Source of the DNA: Chloroflexota bacterium
GTDB taxonomy: Bacteria; Chloroflexota; Anaerolineae; VGOG01
Length of the DNA: 64,000 bases
NCBI GenBank assembly: GCA_016875995.1
Contig: VGOG01000003.1
Span: 7,650 to 71,649, forward strand
Direction of reading: 5' to 3'
Position numbers and translations under genes: made by a program. The notes beneath the pieces are model-generated. The model saw only the letters and a program-made list of their open reading frames with translations. It was not told where the DNA came from and did not search any database. This document shows positions 25,272-34,430 of this stretch, in pieces. Position 1 is the stretch's first letter, and the number at the start of each line of letters is the position of its first letter.

Positions 25272-25745
25272 ATGTCGGACTACTTCGTTCGCCTGCGGAG
25301 CTGCATAGGGCACGATCCGCTGTTGCATCCCGCCGTCGCTGCCTGTATCCGCGATGAACAGGGTCGTATCCTGCTCCTGCGGCGCAGCGACGGCCTCAAT
25401 CTGTGGAGCTTTCCCGGCGGAGCGATGGAGCTGGGCGAGCGTGCCGATGAAGTGGTGGTACGCGAAGTGCACGAGGAGACGGGGTTGAAGGTGGAACCGG
25501 TGGCGCTCATCGGCATCTACTCCAGTCCCGACTATGCCATCACCTATCCCAACGGCGACCAGGTTCAGCCAGTGATAGCCTTCTTCGAGTGCCGGGTGGT
25601 AAGTGGCACGCTTCAGCCGGACATGGAGGAGATCCTGGGGGCGCGTTACTTTGGCCCGGACGATGAGCTGCCGCCGATGTTCCCCTGCTGCGTCGCCAAG
25701 GCCCGCGATGCGTTCATTTTTGACGGGCGGGCTTTCTTTCGCTAA
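25272..25745 (+). CDS. NUDIX hydrolase
   Basis: Nudix box GGAMELGERADEVVVREVHEETGL. Confidence 0.88.
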   Translation: MSDYFVRLRSCIGHDPLLHPAVAACIRDEQGRILLLRRSDGLNLWSFPGGAMELGERADEVVVREVHEETGLKVEPVALIGIYSSPDYAITYPNGDQVQPVIAFFECRVVSGTLQPDMEEILGARYFGPDDELPPMFPCCVAKARDAFIFDGRAFFR

Positions 25746-25800
25746 TTATGATGCTTGCGCATCAGGCGTAAACCACGTCACGGTGCGAGTCTGACTGGAG

Positions 25801-25839
25801 GGATTGAATCGTCCGATTGCGGATTGTGGATTATTGAGG
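25801..25839. repeat. stuttered repeat arm (GATTG-rich units)
   Basis: ggattgaatcgtccgattgcggattgtggattattgagg. Confidence 0.5.
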
Positions 25840-25891
25840 ATGACCACCGGTTTCACGGGAGGGGTAGGGGAAAGCATGCAAGGGACAAGCG

Positions 25892-26497
25892 ATGCGACTT
25901 GACCATTTCGACCTCGTCGCCCGTTTCTACGACCGCGTGTTCCACTTCCTGGGCCCGGAGCAGCTCATGAGTCTGCTCCAGGCTCGGCCATTGGAGCGCA
26001 TATTGGACATCGGCGGCGGCACGGGCCGTGTCTCTCAAACCTTCGGCGACGATTACGTGGTGGTCGTTTGTGACCCCTCCTGGGGGATGTTGAGAGAGGC
26101 TGGCCAGAAGCAGATGATCGCTTGCTGCGGCCTGGCTGAGCACCTCCCTTTTGCCAATGGGGCTTTCGACCGCATGGTGATGGTGGACACCTTCCATCAC
26201 CTTCGCGACCAGCACGTCGCCGCAAAGGAGATCCTGCGAGTGTTACGTCCCGGTGGGCGATTGGTCATTGAGGAGCCAGACATTCGTCGCCGAGCGGTTA
26301 AGTGGGCTGCCTTGGGCGAGAGGCTGCTCCTTATGCGCAGCCATTTCTACTCCATCGCCGACCTGGCCCGCATTTTTGAGGAGGCCGGCGCCACAATCGT
26401 GGCCCTGGAGGAGGGACACGATTACAACGTGCGTCTGGCTGTGGAAAAAGTGAAGGAGATGATCAATGGCGAGAAGCAAGGACGAGGTGGCCCGTGA
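25892..26497 (+). CDS. class I SAM-dependent methyltransferase
   Basis: RILDIGGGTGRVS...LRPGGRLVIEEP. Confidence 0.85.
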   Translation: MRLDHFDLVARFYDRVFHFLGPEQLMSLLQARPLERILDIGGGTGRVSQTFGDDYVVVVCDPSWGMLREAGQKQMIACCGLAEHLPFANGAFDRMVMVDTFHHLRDQHVAAKEILRVLRPGGRLVIEEPDIRRRAVKWAALGERLLLMRSHFYSIADLARIFEEAGATIVALEEGHDYNVRLAVEKVKEMINGEKQGRGGP

Positions 26498-26891
26498 GGC
26501 CGGCGATTTGATGAGGAGAGGCTATCACTGAGCCGAGGCGATCATGCTTGCCGTGGGCGGGCACGTTTTGGACGATCTCGACCCCCGTTTCGTGAGGATG
26601 ACCACTGGTTTCGCCGGTGGCGTGGGGGAAAGCAAGCAGGAGATGTGCGGGGCATTCAGCGCCGGGGTGATGCTCATCGGGGCGCTCTACGGGCGCAACA
26701 GCCTGGACGATGATGACCTCCCGTCTCAGCGGCTGGCTACCCGCTACCGCGAGCGCTTCGCCGCCGAGTTGGGCGCTACCCGCTGCGGTCCCCTGTACGA
26801 ACGGATCCATGCCCCTGGCGGACCTGGGTCATGCTCCGTCGTGGTCGAGCGGGCCGCCCGAATCCTTCTGGGACTGCTGGCTGAGGAGTAA
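26466..26891 (+). CDS. C_GCAxxG_C_C family redox protein, selenocysteine-containing; TGA 26529-26531 read as Sec
   Basis: The track ORF 26544 lacks the first conserved Cys. In frame upstream: MARSKDEVAREAGDLMRRGYH-U-AEAIMLAVGGH, so Sec sits where the family has GYNCAEAV. The downstream part has EMCGAFSAGVM, RCGPL and GSCSVVV. Confidence 0.72.
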
Positions 26892-26894
26892 AGG

Positions 26895-27872
26895 ATGAAC
26901 GAGCGAGGTCTGGCTCGATTGGCGCTCTCGGTGCTGATCGGGTTGACTTGTATGTTGGCAATTGGGTGCACGCCGTCGGAGATAGCTTCTCCCGCGCTGG
27001 AGCGGGCGACCGCTACGCCTCCACCCACACCCACCGCCACTCCGGTTCCAACCAGGACGCCCATCCCGACTGCTACCTTAACTCCTGCGCCCACTGCCAC
27101 CCCGACCACGATGCCCAGCCCGACCCCCACGCCTGAGCCGATGCCCACCGAGACCGTCGAAGGGCTGACCATCACCATCGTCTACGACAACAACGAGTAC
27201 GACGAGCGACTGAAAACGGCCTGGGGATTCTCTTGCCTGGTGGAACGAGGCAATCTTATCCTGCTCTTCGACACCGGAGGCGATGCAGATACCCTACTCA
27301 CGAATATGGCGACGCTGGGGCTGGACCCAACCGACGTTGACATCGTCGTTCTATCCCACATCCACGGCGACCACGTCGGCGGGTTGGGAGGCATTCTGGC
27401 TGCCAACCAGGAAATCACCGTATACCTCCCCCGCTCCTTCTCGGCCAGCTTCAAGGAGCAGGCTGGGGCCCATGCCCTCGTGGTAGAGGTGCACGAGCCG
27501 ATGGAGATAGCCGATGGCATCTACACTACCGGGGAGCTTGGAACTGGAATCATCGAGCAGTCGTTGGTGGTGGTCACAGAATCCGGCCTGGTGGTCATCA
27601 CCGGCTGTGCCCATCCTGGCATCACCAACATCGTCGCCAAAGCGAAGGAGATAACCGGCGAAGAGGTCTACCTCGTGATAGGCGGCTTTCATCTAAGCGG
27701 CGTGAGCCAGGCCGTCATCGAGGGCATCGTCGAGGAATTCCGAGAGTTGGGGGTGCAGAGGGTAGCCCCCTGCCACTGCTCCGGCGACCCGGCCCGGAGC
27801 ATCTTCGAGAGGAAATATGGGGAGGACTTTATCCGAGTGGGCGTGGGAAGGGTCCTGGATATCGGGCCATAA
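26895..27872 (+). CDS. MBL-fold metallo-hydrolase (COG1237-type) lipoprotein with a Pro/Thr linker
   Basis: Lipobox LAIGC and a long PTPT linker. LLFDTGGD...VLSHIHGDHVGGL...GCAHPG. Confidence 0.8.
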   Translation: MNERGLARLALSVLIGLTCMLAIGCTPSEIASPALERATATPPPTPTATPVPTRTPIPTATLTPAPTATPTTMPSPTPTPEPMPTETVEGLTITIVYDNNEYDERLKTAWGFSCLVERGNLILLFDTGGDADTLLTNMATLGLDPTDVDIVVLSHIHGDHVGGLGGILAANQEITVYLPRSFSASFKEQAGAHALVVEVHEPMEIADGIYTTGELGTGIIEQSLVVVTESGLVVITGCAHPGITNIVAKAKEITGEEVYLVIGGFHLSGVSQAVIEGIVEEFRELGVQRVAPCHCSGDPARSIFERKYGEDFIRVGVGRVLDIGP

Positions 27873-27956
27873 CGACTTGTAAAACCCCGAGTCCTGAACT
27901 TGTTCGGGCTGTAGCGAAACGGGTTTCACACTCCCATAAAACGCGGAGAGAAAGAA

Positions 27957-28346
27957 ATGGAAGATTTGATCCAGGAATTCATCAACCAGCGCGTCTGGGC
28001 AATAGCGGGGGCCTCGACGAACCCAGAGAAATACGGCCACAAGATATTCCGCGACCTGCGGGCGGCAGGCTACATCGTCTACGGCGTTAACCCCAGCGGG
28101 GGCGAGATTGAGGGCCAGCGGCTATACCCCAGTCTGGCTGACCTGCCGGAGAAGCCTGCGGTGGTGGACATCGTCGTCCCACCGCAGGTCACTGAGGAAA
28201 TCGTCCGCCAGTGCGCGGAGCTGGGGCTGGGGAGGGTCTGGATGCAGCCCGGCTCCGAGTCCGAGGAAGCCATTCGCTTCTGCCAGGAAAAGGGCATCGA
28301 GGTCGTCCACGGCGCCTGCGCCATGATCCGAAAACGGGCGTGGTGA
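27957..28346 (+). CDS. CoA-binding protein (YccU/YneT-like)
   Basis: VWAIAGASTNPEKYGHKIFRDL...YGVNP...VDIVVPP...WMQPGSES. Confidence 0.88.
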   Translation: MEDLIQEFINQRVWAIAGASTNPEKYGHKIFRDLRAAGYIVYGVNPSGGEIEGQRLYPSLADLPEKPAVVDIVVPPQVTEEIVRQCAELGLGRVWMQPGSESEEAIRFCQEKGIEVVHGACAMIRKRAW

Positions 28347-28362
28347 GAGGTGATAGAGCAGA

Positions 28363-28803
28363 ATGGTTTACGTTGATATCGAAAAGTGTATCGGCTGCGG
28401 AACCTGTGCCCAGGCTTGCCCTGTGGCGGCCATCAGCCTGGTCGGAGGCACAGCCCAAGTTGACCAGGAGAAGTGCACGGACTGCGAGGCCTGCGTGGAG
28501 GTTTGCCCCAATGGGGCCATGCTGGCCGTGAGGGAGCCGGTCGCAGAGCGGGTGGCGGTGCCCAGCGTGCGCCCGGCGCCCGAGGCCATCCGGGTCAGGC
28601 CGCAGCCAGTCCCTGTTTCCTTGCGGGCCAGGCTGGTCCCCTTTGTGGGATCGGCCCTGGCCCTCCTGGGCCGCAACATTGCTCCTCGCTTAGCAACTTA
28701 CCTGGTCAATGCCTTGGACCGACAACTCAGCGGGCAGGCCGGGTTCACTGCAAGGGGGCGAGGCTTTCGCCGAAGGAGGAGGCGGGGGAGGGGTGGACAG
28801 TGA
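28363..28803 (+). CDS. 2x[4Fe-4S] ferredoxin-domain protein with an Arg-rich C-terminal extension (paralog of 24273-24677)
   Basis: CIGCGTCAQACP and CTDCEACVEVCP. Tail ...PRLATYLVNALDRQLSGQ...RGRGFRRRRRRGRGGQ. Confidence 0.8.
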   Translation: MVYVDIEKCIGCGTCAQACPVAAISLVGGTAQVDQEKCTDCEACVEVCPNGAMLAVREPVAERVAVPSVRPAPEAIRVRPQPVPVSLRARLVPFVGSALALLGRNIAPRLATYLVNALDRQLSGQAGFTARGRGFRRRRRRGRGGQ

Positions 28804-28816
28804 TGAGGAGGACCCC

Positions 28817-29629
28817 GTGAATTACGTTTACGGCCCGGTCCCCTCGTGGCGGCTGGGACGGTCATTAGGGATAGACCCGGTCTCAACGCAAGGGAAGACC
28901 TGTTCCTTCGACTGCATTTACTGCCAATTGGGACGCACGGTGCATCCCCTGACGGTGCGCCGATGTTTCGTGAAGCCCGAGGCCCTGCGCCGCGAACTGG
29001 CCCAGGTGGGCAGCGTGTCGGTGGACACTGTCACCTTCTCCGGGGTAGGTGAGCCAACCTTGGCGGCTAACCTGGCTGAACTGATGGCCGTGGGGCGGGA
29101 GACGTTGCCTGGGCGGCCTGTCGCCATCCTGACCAACGCCTCGCTTATCTCCCGCGAGGACGTACGCCGCGATCTGGCCCTATTTGACGTGGTGGTGGCC
29201 AAGTTGGATGCGGCCAACGAGGAGCTATTCCGCCAGATCAACTGTCCCTTTGTTTCCTGCACCCTGGCTGACATCGTGGTGGGCCTCCGCCAATTTCGAG
29301 GGGCCTTCAGCGGGAAGCTGGCTCTACAGATGATGTTCGTTGAGGCGAACCGAAAGTGGGCGGTGGAAATGGCGGCCTTAGCCCGTTCGTGTGCCCCAGA
29401 CGAAGTGCAACTGAACACCCCGCTGCGTCCCAGCCCGGTGCCGCCTCTAAGCCCGGCAGAAATGGAAGAGATCGAGGCCGCCTTTGCCGGGTTGCCAACG
29501 GTGAACGTGTACAAAGCGAAACGGCCGGAAGTGACTCCGCTGGGCGAGACGGAGACGGGACGGCGGCGGCCAACCTCGGGTCCACCATCCACTACTGAAA
29601 AGAGGTTTGAGAAGGAGGGTGAAAGATGA
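28817..29629 (+). CDS. radical SAM protein
   Basis: (V)NYVYGPVPSWRLGRSLGIDPVSTQGKTCSFDCIYCQ contains CxxxCxxC. GTG start after GAGGAGG. The start is uncertain. Confidence 0.8.
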   Translation: MNYVYGPVPSWRLGRSLGIDPVSTQGKTCSFDCIYCQLGRTVHPLTVRRCFVKPEALRRELAQVGSVSVDTVTFSGVGEPTLAANLAELMAVGRETLPGRPVAILTNASLISREDVRRDLALFDVVVAKLDAANEELFRQINCPFVSCTLADIVVGLRQFRGAFSGKLALQMMFVEANRKWAVEMAALARSCAPDEVQLNTPLRPSPVPPLSPAEMEEIEAAFAGLPTVNVYKAKRPEVTPLGETETGRRRPTSGPPSTTEKRFEKEGER

Positions 29630-30261
29630 GCGCACAACAAGAACACTGGCGTGATAAGGGAAGAGCCCAGAGATACGCCAGATGGAGGGGGATAAGCTCA
29701 AGAATAGTTTATGCCTCTTTCGCCAGAAAGATCGCGAAATGCATGGCCCCTTTGCCAGAAGAGGCAATCATCGTGGACCTGGGCACCGGACCGGGCCTTC
29801 TTCCCATTGAGCTTCATAAGCTATGGCCCCAGGCAAAGATCATCGGAGTTGACCCCTCCGCTGAAATGCTCGACATAGCCAGGAAGAACGCCAATGAAGC
29901 GGGGATAGCAAATTTGGAGACACGGGTGGGAACAGCGGAGGAGATACCGATAGCGTCAAACTCGGTGGATCTGGTGGTCACCCAATCCTCGTTTCACGAA
30001 TGGGAGAACCCGCAGAAAGGCCTGGCAGAGATATTCCGGATTTTGCGACCCGGCGGCTGCCTGATCCTCAAGGACTATAACCGGGCCTGGCTCTCCGGCT
30101 GGAAGCGCAAACTGTTGGGGCTCTTTCACTACCTGGACATGTTCAAATTCACCTTCGAGGAAGTGGCTGGCTTATTGAGAGAGGCTGGCTTTGGTAAGAT
30201 CAAAGACCAGGGAAAAAGGTTGCAATTGTTTGTGCAGGCGTCTAAACCAACAGGAGGCTAA
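29626..30261 (+). CDS. class I SAM-dependent methyltransferase
   Basis: IVDLGTGPGLLP...LRPGGCLILKD. The start overlaps the upstream stop (ATGA). Confidence 0.8.
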   Translation: MSAQQEHWRDKGRAQRYARWRGISSRIVYASFARKIAKCMAPLPEEAIIVDLGTGPGLLPIELHKLWPQAKIIGVDPSAEMLDIARKNANEAGIANLETRVGTAEEIPIASNSVDLVVTQSSFHEWENPQKGLAEIFRILRPGGCLILKDYNRAWLSGWKRKLLGLFHYLDMFKFTFEEVAGLLREAGFGKIKDQGKRLQLFVQASKPTGG

Positions 30262-31173
30262 GTGAACAACAGCAAAGCCATCCAGGTCTCCGGCCTCACC
30301 AAGTACTACGGCGACCTCCTCGCAGTGGATCACATCAGCTTCGAGGTGCCCCAGGGCCAGGTCTTCGGCTTCCTGGGGCCCAACGGGGCAGGGAAGACCA
30401 CGACTATCCGCATGCTGACCGGGCTGACCAGGCCCACGGAGGGGAACGCCTGCGTCCTGGGCTATGACTTGGCCACCGAGATCACGCGCATCAAGAAGGC
30501 CATCGGCGTTGTCCCTGAGACCTCCAACCTCTACGATGAGCTATCGGCCTGGGATAACCTGGTGTTCATGGGCCAGCTCTACGGCGTGCCTAGACAGGAA
30601 CGGGGCGAGCGGGCCGATGCGCTTCTGCGGCGCTTCCGCCTGTGGGAGAAGCGGAACACGCCCTTCGCCAAGCTTTCCAAGGGGATGAAACGCGCGCTGA
30701 CGGTGGCGGCGGCGCTGGTCCACTGCCCTCAACTGGTCTTTTTGGACGAGCCAACCACCGGCCTGGACATCCTCTCCGCCCGCTCCCTGCGAGCGCTGAT
30801 CGGGCAACTGCGCCAGGAAGGGGTGACGGTGTTTCTGACCACCCACTATCTGGAGGAGGCGGAGCGGCTGTGTGACCAGATAGCCCTCATCGTTAAGGGC
30901 CGCCTCGTGGCCCTGGATACGGTAGAGGGGCTTAAGGCCCGGGTGTGGGGGCGGGCGACGGTAGAGGTAACCGTGGGGCCCAGCGCCGAGGAACGCCTGC
31001 GCTTCACTGCCGAGGACGTGGTGACAGCGTTGCGATTGGCGTTAGCCGAGGCCGAGCAACAGAGACGACCGGTGCTCTCGGTGCGCACCGTCGGGCCCAC
31101 TCTGGAGGACGCCTTCATCGAGCTGACCGGCCTGAGCGCTGAGGTGATGTTGATGGAGAAGGGGAATCAGTGA
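30262..31173 (+). CDS. ABC transporter ATP-binding protein (ABC-2/DrrA-like)
   Basis: GPNGAGKTT, LSKGMKRAL, VFLDEPTTGLD. Confidence 0.92.
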   Translation: MNNSKAIQVSGLTKYYGDLLAVDHISFEVPQGQVFGFLGPNGAGKTTTIRMLTGLTRPTEGNACVLGYDLATEITRIKKAIGVVPETSNLYDELSAWDNLVFMGQLYGVPRQERGERADALLRRFRLWEKRNTPFAKLSKGMKRALTVAAALVHCPQLVFLDEPTTGLDILSARSLRALIGQLRQEGVTVFLTTHYLEEAERLCDQIALIVKGRLVALDTVEGLKARVWGRATVEVTVGPSAEERLRFTAEDVVTALRLALAEAEQQRRPVLSVRTVGPTLEDAFIELTGLSAEVMLMEKGNQ

Positions 31174-31236
31174 CGAGTGACAAGGGACCAGATACCTCAT
31201 CCCTAGTCCCTTGTCACTGATCCCTGATCACTCATT
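31165..31236. repeat. stuttered palindromic element (CAGTGAC/GTCACTG units)
   Basis: aatcagtgacgagtgacaagggacc...ggtcccttgtcactgatccctgatcactcatt, between the ABC ATPase and permease genes. Confidence 0.75.
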
Positions 31237-31251
31237 CGCTGGAGGACGCAA

Positions 31252-31983
31252 ATGTGGCAGGATGACCTTCGCGGAATCACCTACATCGCCCTCAAGGACC
31301 TGCGGGCCTACTACCTGAAGCCGCCCAACATCAGTTGGGGTATCCTCTTCCCCTTTGCCCTCATTCTGGCCTTTGCCCTCCGCCAGCCGGGGGAGATGCG
31401 GGATCTGGTGCCTGGGTTGTTAGGGATGACCGTCCTGTTCGGCACTACTTCTATGGAGGCCATCGTCATCACCTTCGAACGCCGCATCGGGGCGCTGGAA
31501 CGGCTGATGCTGGCCCCGGTTTCGCTGCCGGCCCTACTGCTGGGCAAGGTGGTGGGGGGCATGGCCTTCGGGCTGGTCACGACAGTGGCTGTCTTGGCGG
31601 TGGCCGTGGTGGGCCTGGGGCTGTGGGGGATCAACTGGCCTCTCCTGATCCTGGCTCTTGTCCTCTCGGCGACCGCTTTCTCGGCGCTGGGGGCCTTCGT
31701 GTCGGTGGCCGTGCGGGAGGTGTTCGAGGCCCAGACCCTGGCCAACTTCATCCGTTTTCCCATGGTCTTCCTTTGTGGCGTCTTCGTCCCCCTGGCGGCC
31801 ATGCCGTCGGGGTTGCAGCTAGTGGCTCGCTGCTTGCCGCTGACCTATGCGGTGGAGGTGCTGCGAGAGGCCCTGGCCGGGGCCACCTTTTGGACTGCGG
31901 GGGCGGATTTGCTGGCCCTGGGCGCATTTGCTGTAGTCCTATTCGCCCTGGCGGCCAGGACGCTGGCGACACGCCTGGACTAG
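31252..31983 (+). CDS. ABC-2 type transporter permease
   Basis: Six predicted TM segments, adjacent to the ATPase gene. Confidence 0.85.
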   Translation: MWQDDLRGITYIALKDLRAYYLKPPNISWGILFPFALILAFALRQPGEMRDLVPGLLGMTVLFGTTSMEAIVITFERRIGALERLMLAPVSLPALLLGKVVGGMAFGLVTTVAVLAVAVVGLGLWGINWPLLILALVLSATAFSALGAFVSVAVREVFEAQTLANFIRFPMVFLCGVFVPLAAMPSGLQLVARCLPLTYAVEVLREALAGATFWTAGADLLALGAFAVVLFALAARTLATRLD

Positions 31984-32007
31984 AGACGTGTGCAAGAGGT
32001 GATGCCA

Positions 32008-32202
32008 ATGCCGATTTACGAGTACCGATGTTCGGAATGTGGGGAGAGGTTCGAGAAGCTGGTGCGCTTCGGCACCTCGACATCTGAGATAGAGTGTCCT
32101 AAGTGCGGCGGCCGCAGGGTGGAGAAGCTCATCTCCGCCTTCAGCACTATGATGGTGAGTACCACAGCGGCCTCCGCTAGCGCCTGTGCTCCCTCCACCT
32201 GA
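32008..32202 (+). CDS. FmdB family zinc-ribbon protein
   Basis: [16 protein letters not shown]...CPKCGG. Confidence 0.8.
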   Translation: MPIYEYRCSECGERFEKLVRFGTSTSEIECPKCGGRRVEKLISAFSTMMVSTTAASASACAPST

Positions 32203-32283
32203 AAGGTGTGAGGGGAAGGCAGGTTGCTTTCAGGGACATCTCCGATGCCAAGGCCGATAGTCTACGAATAGGGGAGGTCCTCT

Positions 32284-32490
32284 ATGAAGGAGATTGAGAA
32301 ACTGCGGATACTGTTACCTCACTGGATAGAGCACAACGCTGAACATGCGGCCGAGTTTCGGGAGTGGGCAGAGCGGGCCCGCGTTGCGGGACACGAAGGC
32401 CCGGCCTCGGACATCGCCCTGGCCGCTGAAGAGATGGGATGGGTCAACGAGCAACTGGCGGCGGCTCTGGAGAAACTGGGCCGAGGATGA
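32284..32490 (+). CDS. small helical hypothetical protein with the His-rich motif HWIEHNAEH
   Basis: 68-aa ORF with RBS GGGGAGG. I do not recognise the family. Confidence 0.5.
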   Translation: MKEIEKLRILLPHWIEHNAEHAAEFREWAERARVAGHEGPASDIALAAEEMGWVNEQLAAALEKLGRG

Positions 32491-32552
32491 GGCCGAGGCT
32501 GGGGGGAGTGAGGATAGACTGCACCGAAATAGTCTACCGAGAGGAGGTTCAA

Positions 32553-32786
32553 ATGCCGATTTACGAGTACCGCTGTGGAAACTGCGGGGAACGAGTTGAG
32601 GTGCTGGTGCGATCAGCAGCAGCGAAGCCAACATGCCCTCGTTGCGGCCAGCCACTGCACGACCGGCTGATCTCAGCTCTTCACGTGCTCTCTAACCCCC
32701 GCCCGGCGGGGCAGACCTGTTGTGGTCGGGATGACCGCTGCGAAGCCCCGCCCTGTTCGACAGATGAAGTTTGCAGAAGGAGGTGA
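32553..32786 (+). CDS. FmdB family zinc-ribbon protein with a Cys-rich tail
   Basis: [16 protein letters not shown]...CPRCGQ...CCGRDDRCEAPPC. RBS GAGGAGG. Confidence 0.8.
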   Translation: MPIYEYRCGNCGERVEVLVRSAAAKPTCPRCGQPLHDRLISALHVLSNPRPAGQTCCGRDDRCEAPPCSTDEVCRRR

Positions 32787-32792
32787 TGAAAG

Positions 32793-33002
32793 ATGGTCCA
32801 GAGGCTTTTTGCCCGAGGCGGTGGCCGCGGCGGCGGTCGCGGCGGTGGTCGTGGGCCGGGGCGCATGGGTGGTCCCAAGGCAGCCGGGCCAAGTGGCAAC
32901 TGCGTGTGCCCCAATTGCGGCCACAAAGTGCCTCACCAGGTGGGACAACCATGCTACCAGGTGACTTGTCCCAAGTGTGGTACCAAAATGACCCGCGAGT
33001 AG
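32793..33002 (+). CDS. small RGG-repeat / double CPxCG zinc-ribbon protein
   Basis: RGGGRGGGRGGGRGPGRMGG...CVCPNCGHKV...CPKCGTKM. RBS GGAGG. Confidence 0.6.
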   Translation: MVQRLFARGGGRGGGRGGGRGPGRMGGPKAAGPSGNCVCPNCGHKVPHQVGQPCYQVTCPKCGTKMTRE

Positions 33003-33061
33003 AGCAAGGCAGCCCCACGATTGTGAGGGAGTTCAACTCCCTCACAGCGGAGATGTGAAGG

Positions 33062-33496
33062 ATGGCACACGTGGTTGCTGTCTGCCAAAGCCAGCAGCGC
33101 ACTGATCCTAAAGTGGACGTCGGTGAGGGCGAATTGCGCGCCGGGCACGGCCTGGTGGGCGACGCCCACGCTGGACTCAGCGAACGCCAGGTCAGCCTCT
33201 TGGCCATAGAGAGCATCGAGCGGGTCAATCGTGAGTACGGCATCACTGCCGTGCCCGGTAGCTTTGCCGAGAACTTGACTACGGCCGGGCTGGATTTGAG
33301 TGCCCTCAAAGTGGGCGACCGGCTGCGGGCAGGGGAGGCTGAGCTGGTTGTGGTGCAACTAGGCAAGCCGCCCGGAGCAGCCCACAACTACAACTACCAA
33401 GGAGTGTCCATCCTGCCTCGGGAGGGCGTGTTCTGCCAGGTGGTGCGTAGCGGTCGAGTGCGCTGTGGCGATGAGATTGCTGTGGTTGGAAGTTAG
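33062..33496 (+). CDS. MOSC domain-containing protein
   Basis: GHGLVGDAHAG...RQVSLLAIESI...GENLTTAGLDL...GDEI. Confidence 0.85.
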   Translation: MAHVVAVCQSQQRTDPKVDVGEGELRAGHGLVGDAHAGLSERQVSLLAIESIERVNREYGITAVPGSFAENLTTAGLDLSALKVGDRLRAGEAELVVVQLGKPPGAAHNYNYQGVSILPREGVFCQVVRSGRVRCGDEIAVVGS

Positions 33497-33549
33497 AAGT
33501 TGGAGGTTGGAAGTGTGACTCCACTCTCCAGCCTCCAATCTCCGACCTC
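33485..33549. repeat. stuttered palindromic element (GGAAGTTGGAGG / CCTCCAATCTCC)
   Basis: ggttggaagttagaagttggaggttggaagtgtgactccactctccagcctccaatctccgacctc. It overlaps the MOSC stop codon. Confidence 0.75.
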
Positions 33550-33569
33550 ATCAAGAGAAGGGATGAGAG

Positions 33570-34403
33570 ATGAAGATAACCTGCATAGTAGACAATGCTG
33601 TCAGCGATCATTCGTCGTTCTGGGGCGAGCACGGGGTGGCCTTCTTGATCGAGACAGCGAGCGGATCCATACTTTTCGACACCGGTCGGAGCGGCACCGT
33701 GCTGCTACACAATCTGAAACTGCTGGGCGTAGAGCCGAAGGTGATCAACGCTCTGGCCCTCAGTCACGCCCACTACGATCACAGCGGCGGGCTGCCGGCC
33801 CTGCTGGATCAGGTGGCTGGAATCCCCCTCCATGCTCACCCCGACCTCTTCCGCGAGCGCTTCTCGCGGCGGGAGGGGACGCTCAAGTCGGTGGGCTTGC
33901 CTTTGGAAAGGCAAGCCTTGGAGGAGCGTCTGGAGTTGCGACTGGGCGCCGAGCCAATGGAGATTCTACCCGGCGTGTGGACGACGGGAGAGATCACAGG
34001 CCGTGCAGAGCCGGAGGGACGGAGCGCCCATCATCTGATCTGTGGCCCAGAGGGCTGGGAGCCTGATCCCTACCGCGACGACATGGCTCTGGTGCTGGAG
34101 ACCGATGAAGGGCTGGTGGTGCTCTACGGCTGCTGTCACGCCGGGCTGCTTAACACCCTGGCCCACGTGGGCCGCACTTTTGGAGCAGACATTATTGCCG
34201 TGGCTGGAGGAACCCATCTGCTCAGTGCCGACGAAGCCCATCTGCGGCGCGTCATTGAGGTATTGAGGGAACTCGGCGTGCCGCGGCTCTATCCTAACCA
34301 CTGCACTGGCCAGCGGGCCTATGTCACCCTGGCCCAGGCTTTCGGCGAGAAGGTAGCTCCCTGTCCGGCAGGCACCAGGTTAAACTTTGGCGGCGCCGAA
34401 TGA
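33570..34403 (+). CDS. MBL-fold metallo-hydrolase (COG1237-type; paralog of 26895-27872)
   Basis: ILFDTGRSGTVLLHNL...ALSHAHYDHSGGL...GCCHAG. Confidence 0.8.
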   Translation: MKITCIVDNAVSDHSSFWGEHGVAFLIETASGSILFDTGRSGTVLLHNLKLLGVEPKVINALALSHAHYDHSGGLPALLDQVAGIPLHAHPDLFRERFSRREGTLKSVGLPLERQALEERLELRLGAEPMEILPGVWTTGEITGRAEPEGRSAHHLICGPEGWEPDPYRDDMALVLETDEGLVVLYGCCHAGLLNTLAHVGRTFGADIIAVAGGTHLLSADEAHLRRVIEVLRELGVPRLYPNHCTGQRAYVTLAQAFGEKVAPCPAGTRLNFGGAE

Positions 34404-34430
34404 AAATTTCAATGCCATACGGAGGTCACA

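Noticed and set aside
32284-32490. Possible TGA read-through extending the HWIEHNAEH protein
   Set aside because: A second in-frame TGA follows after only 7 codons and there is no conserved-looking sequence beyond the stop. It is an ordinary stop.
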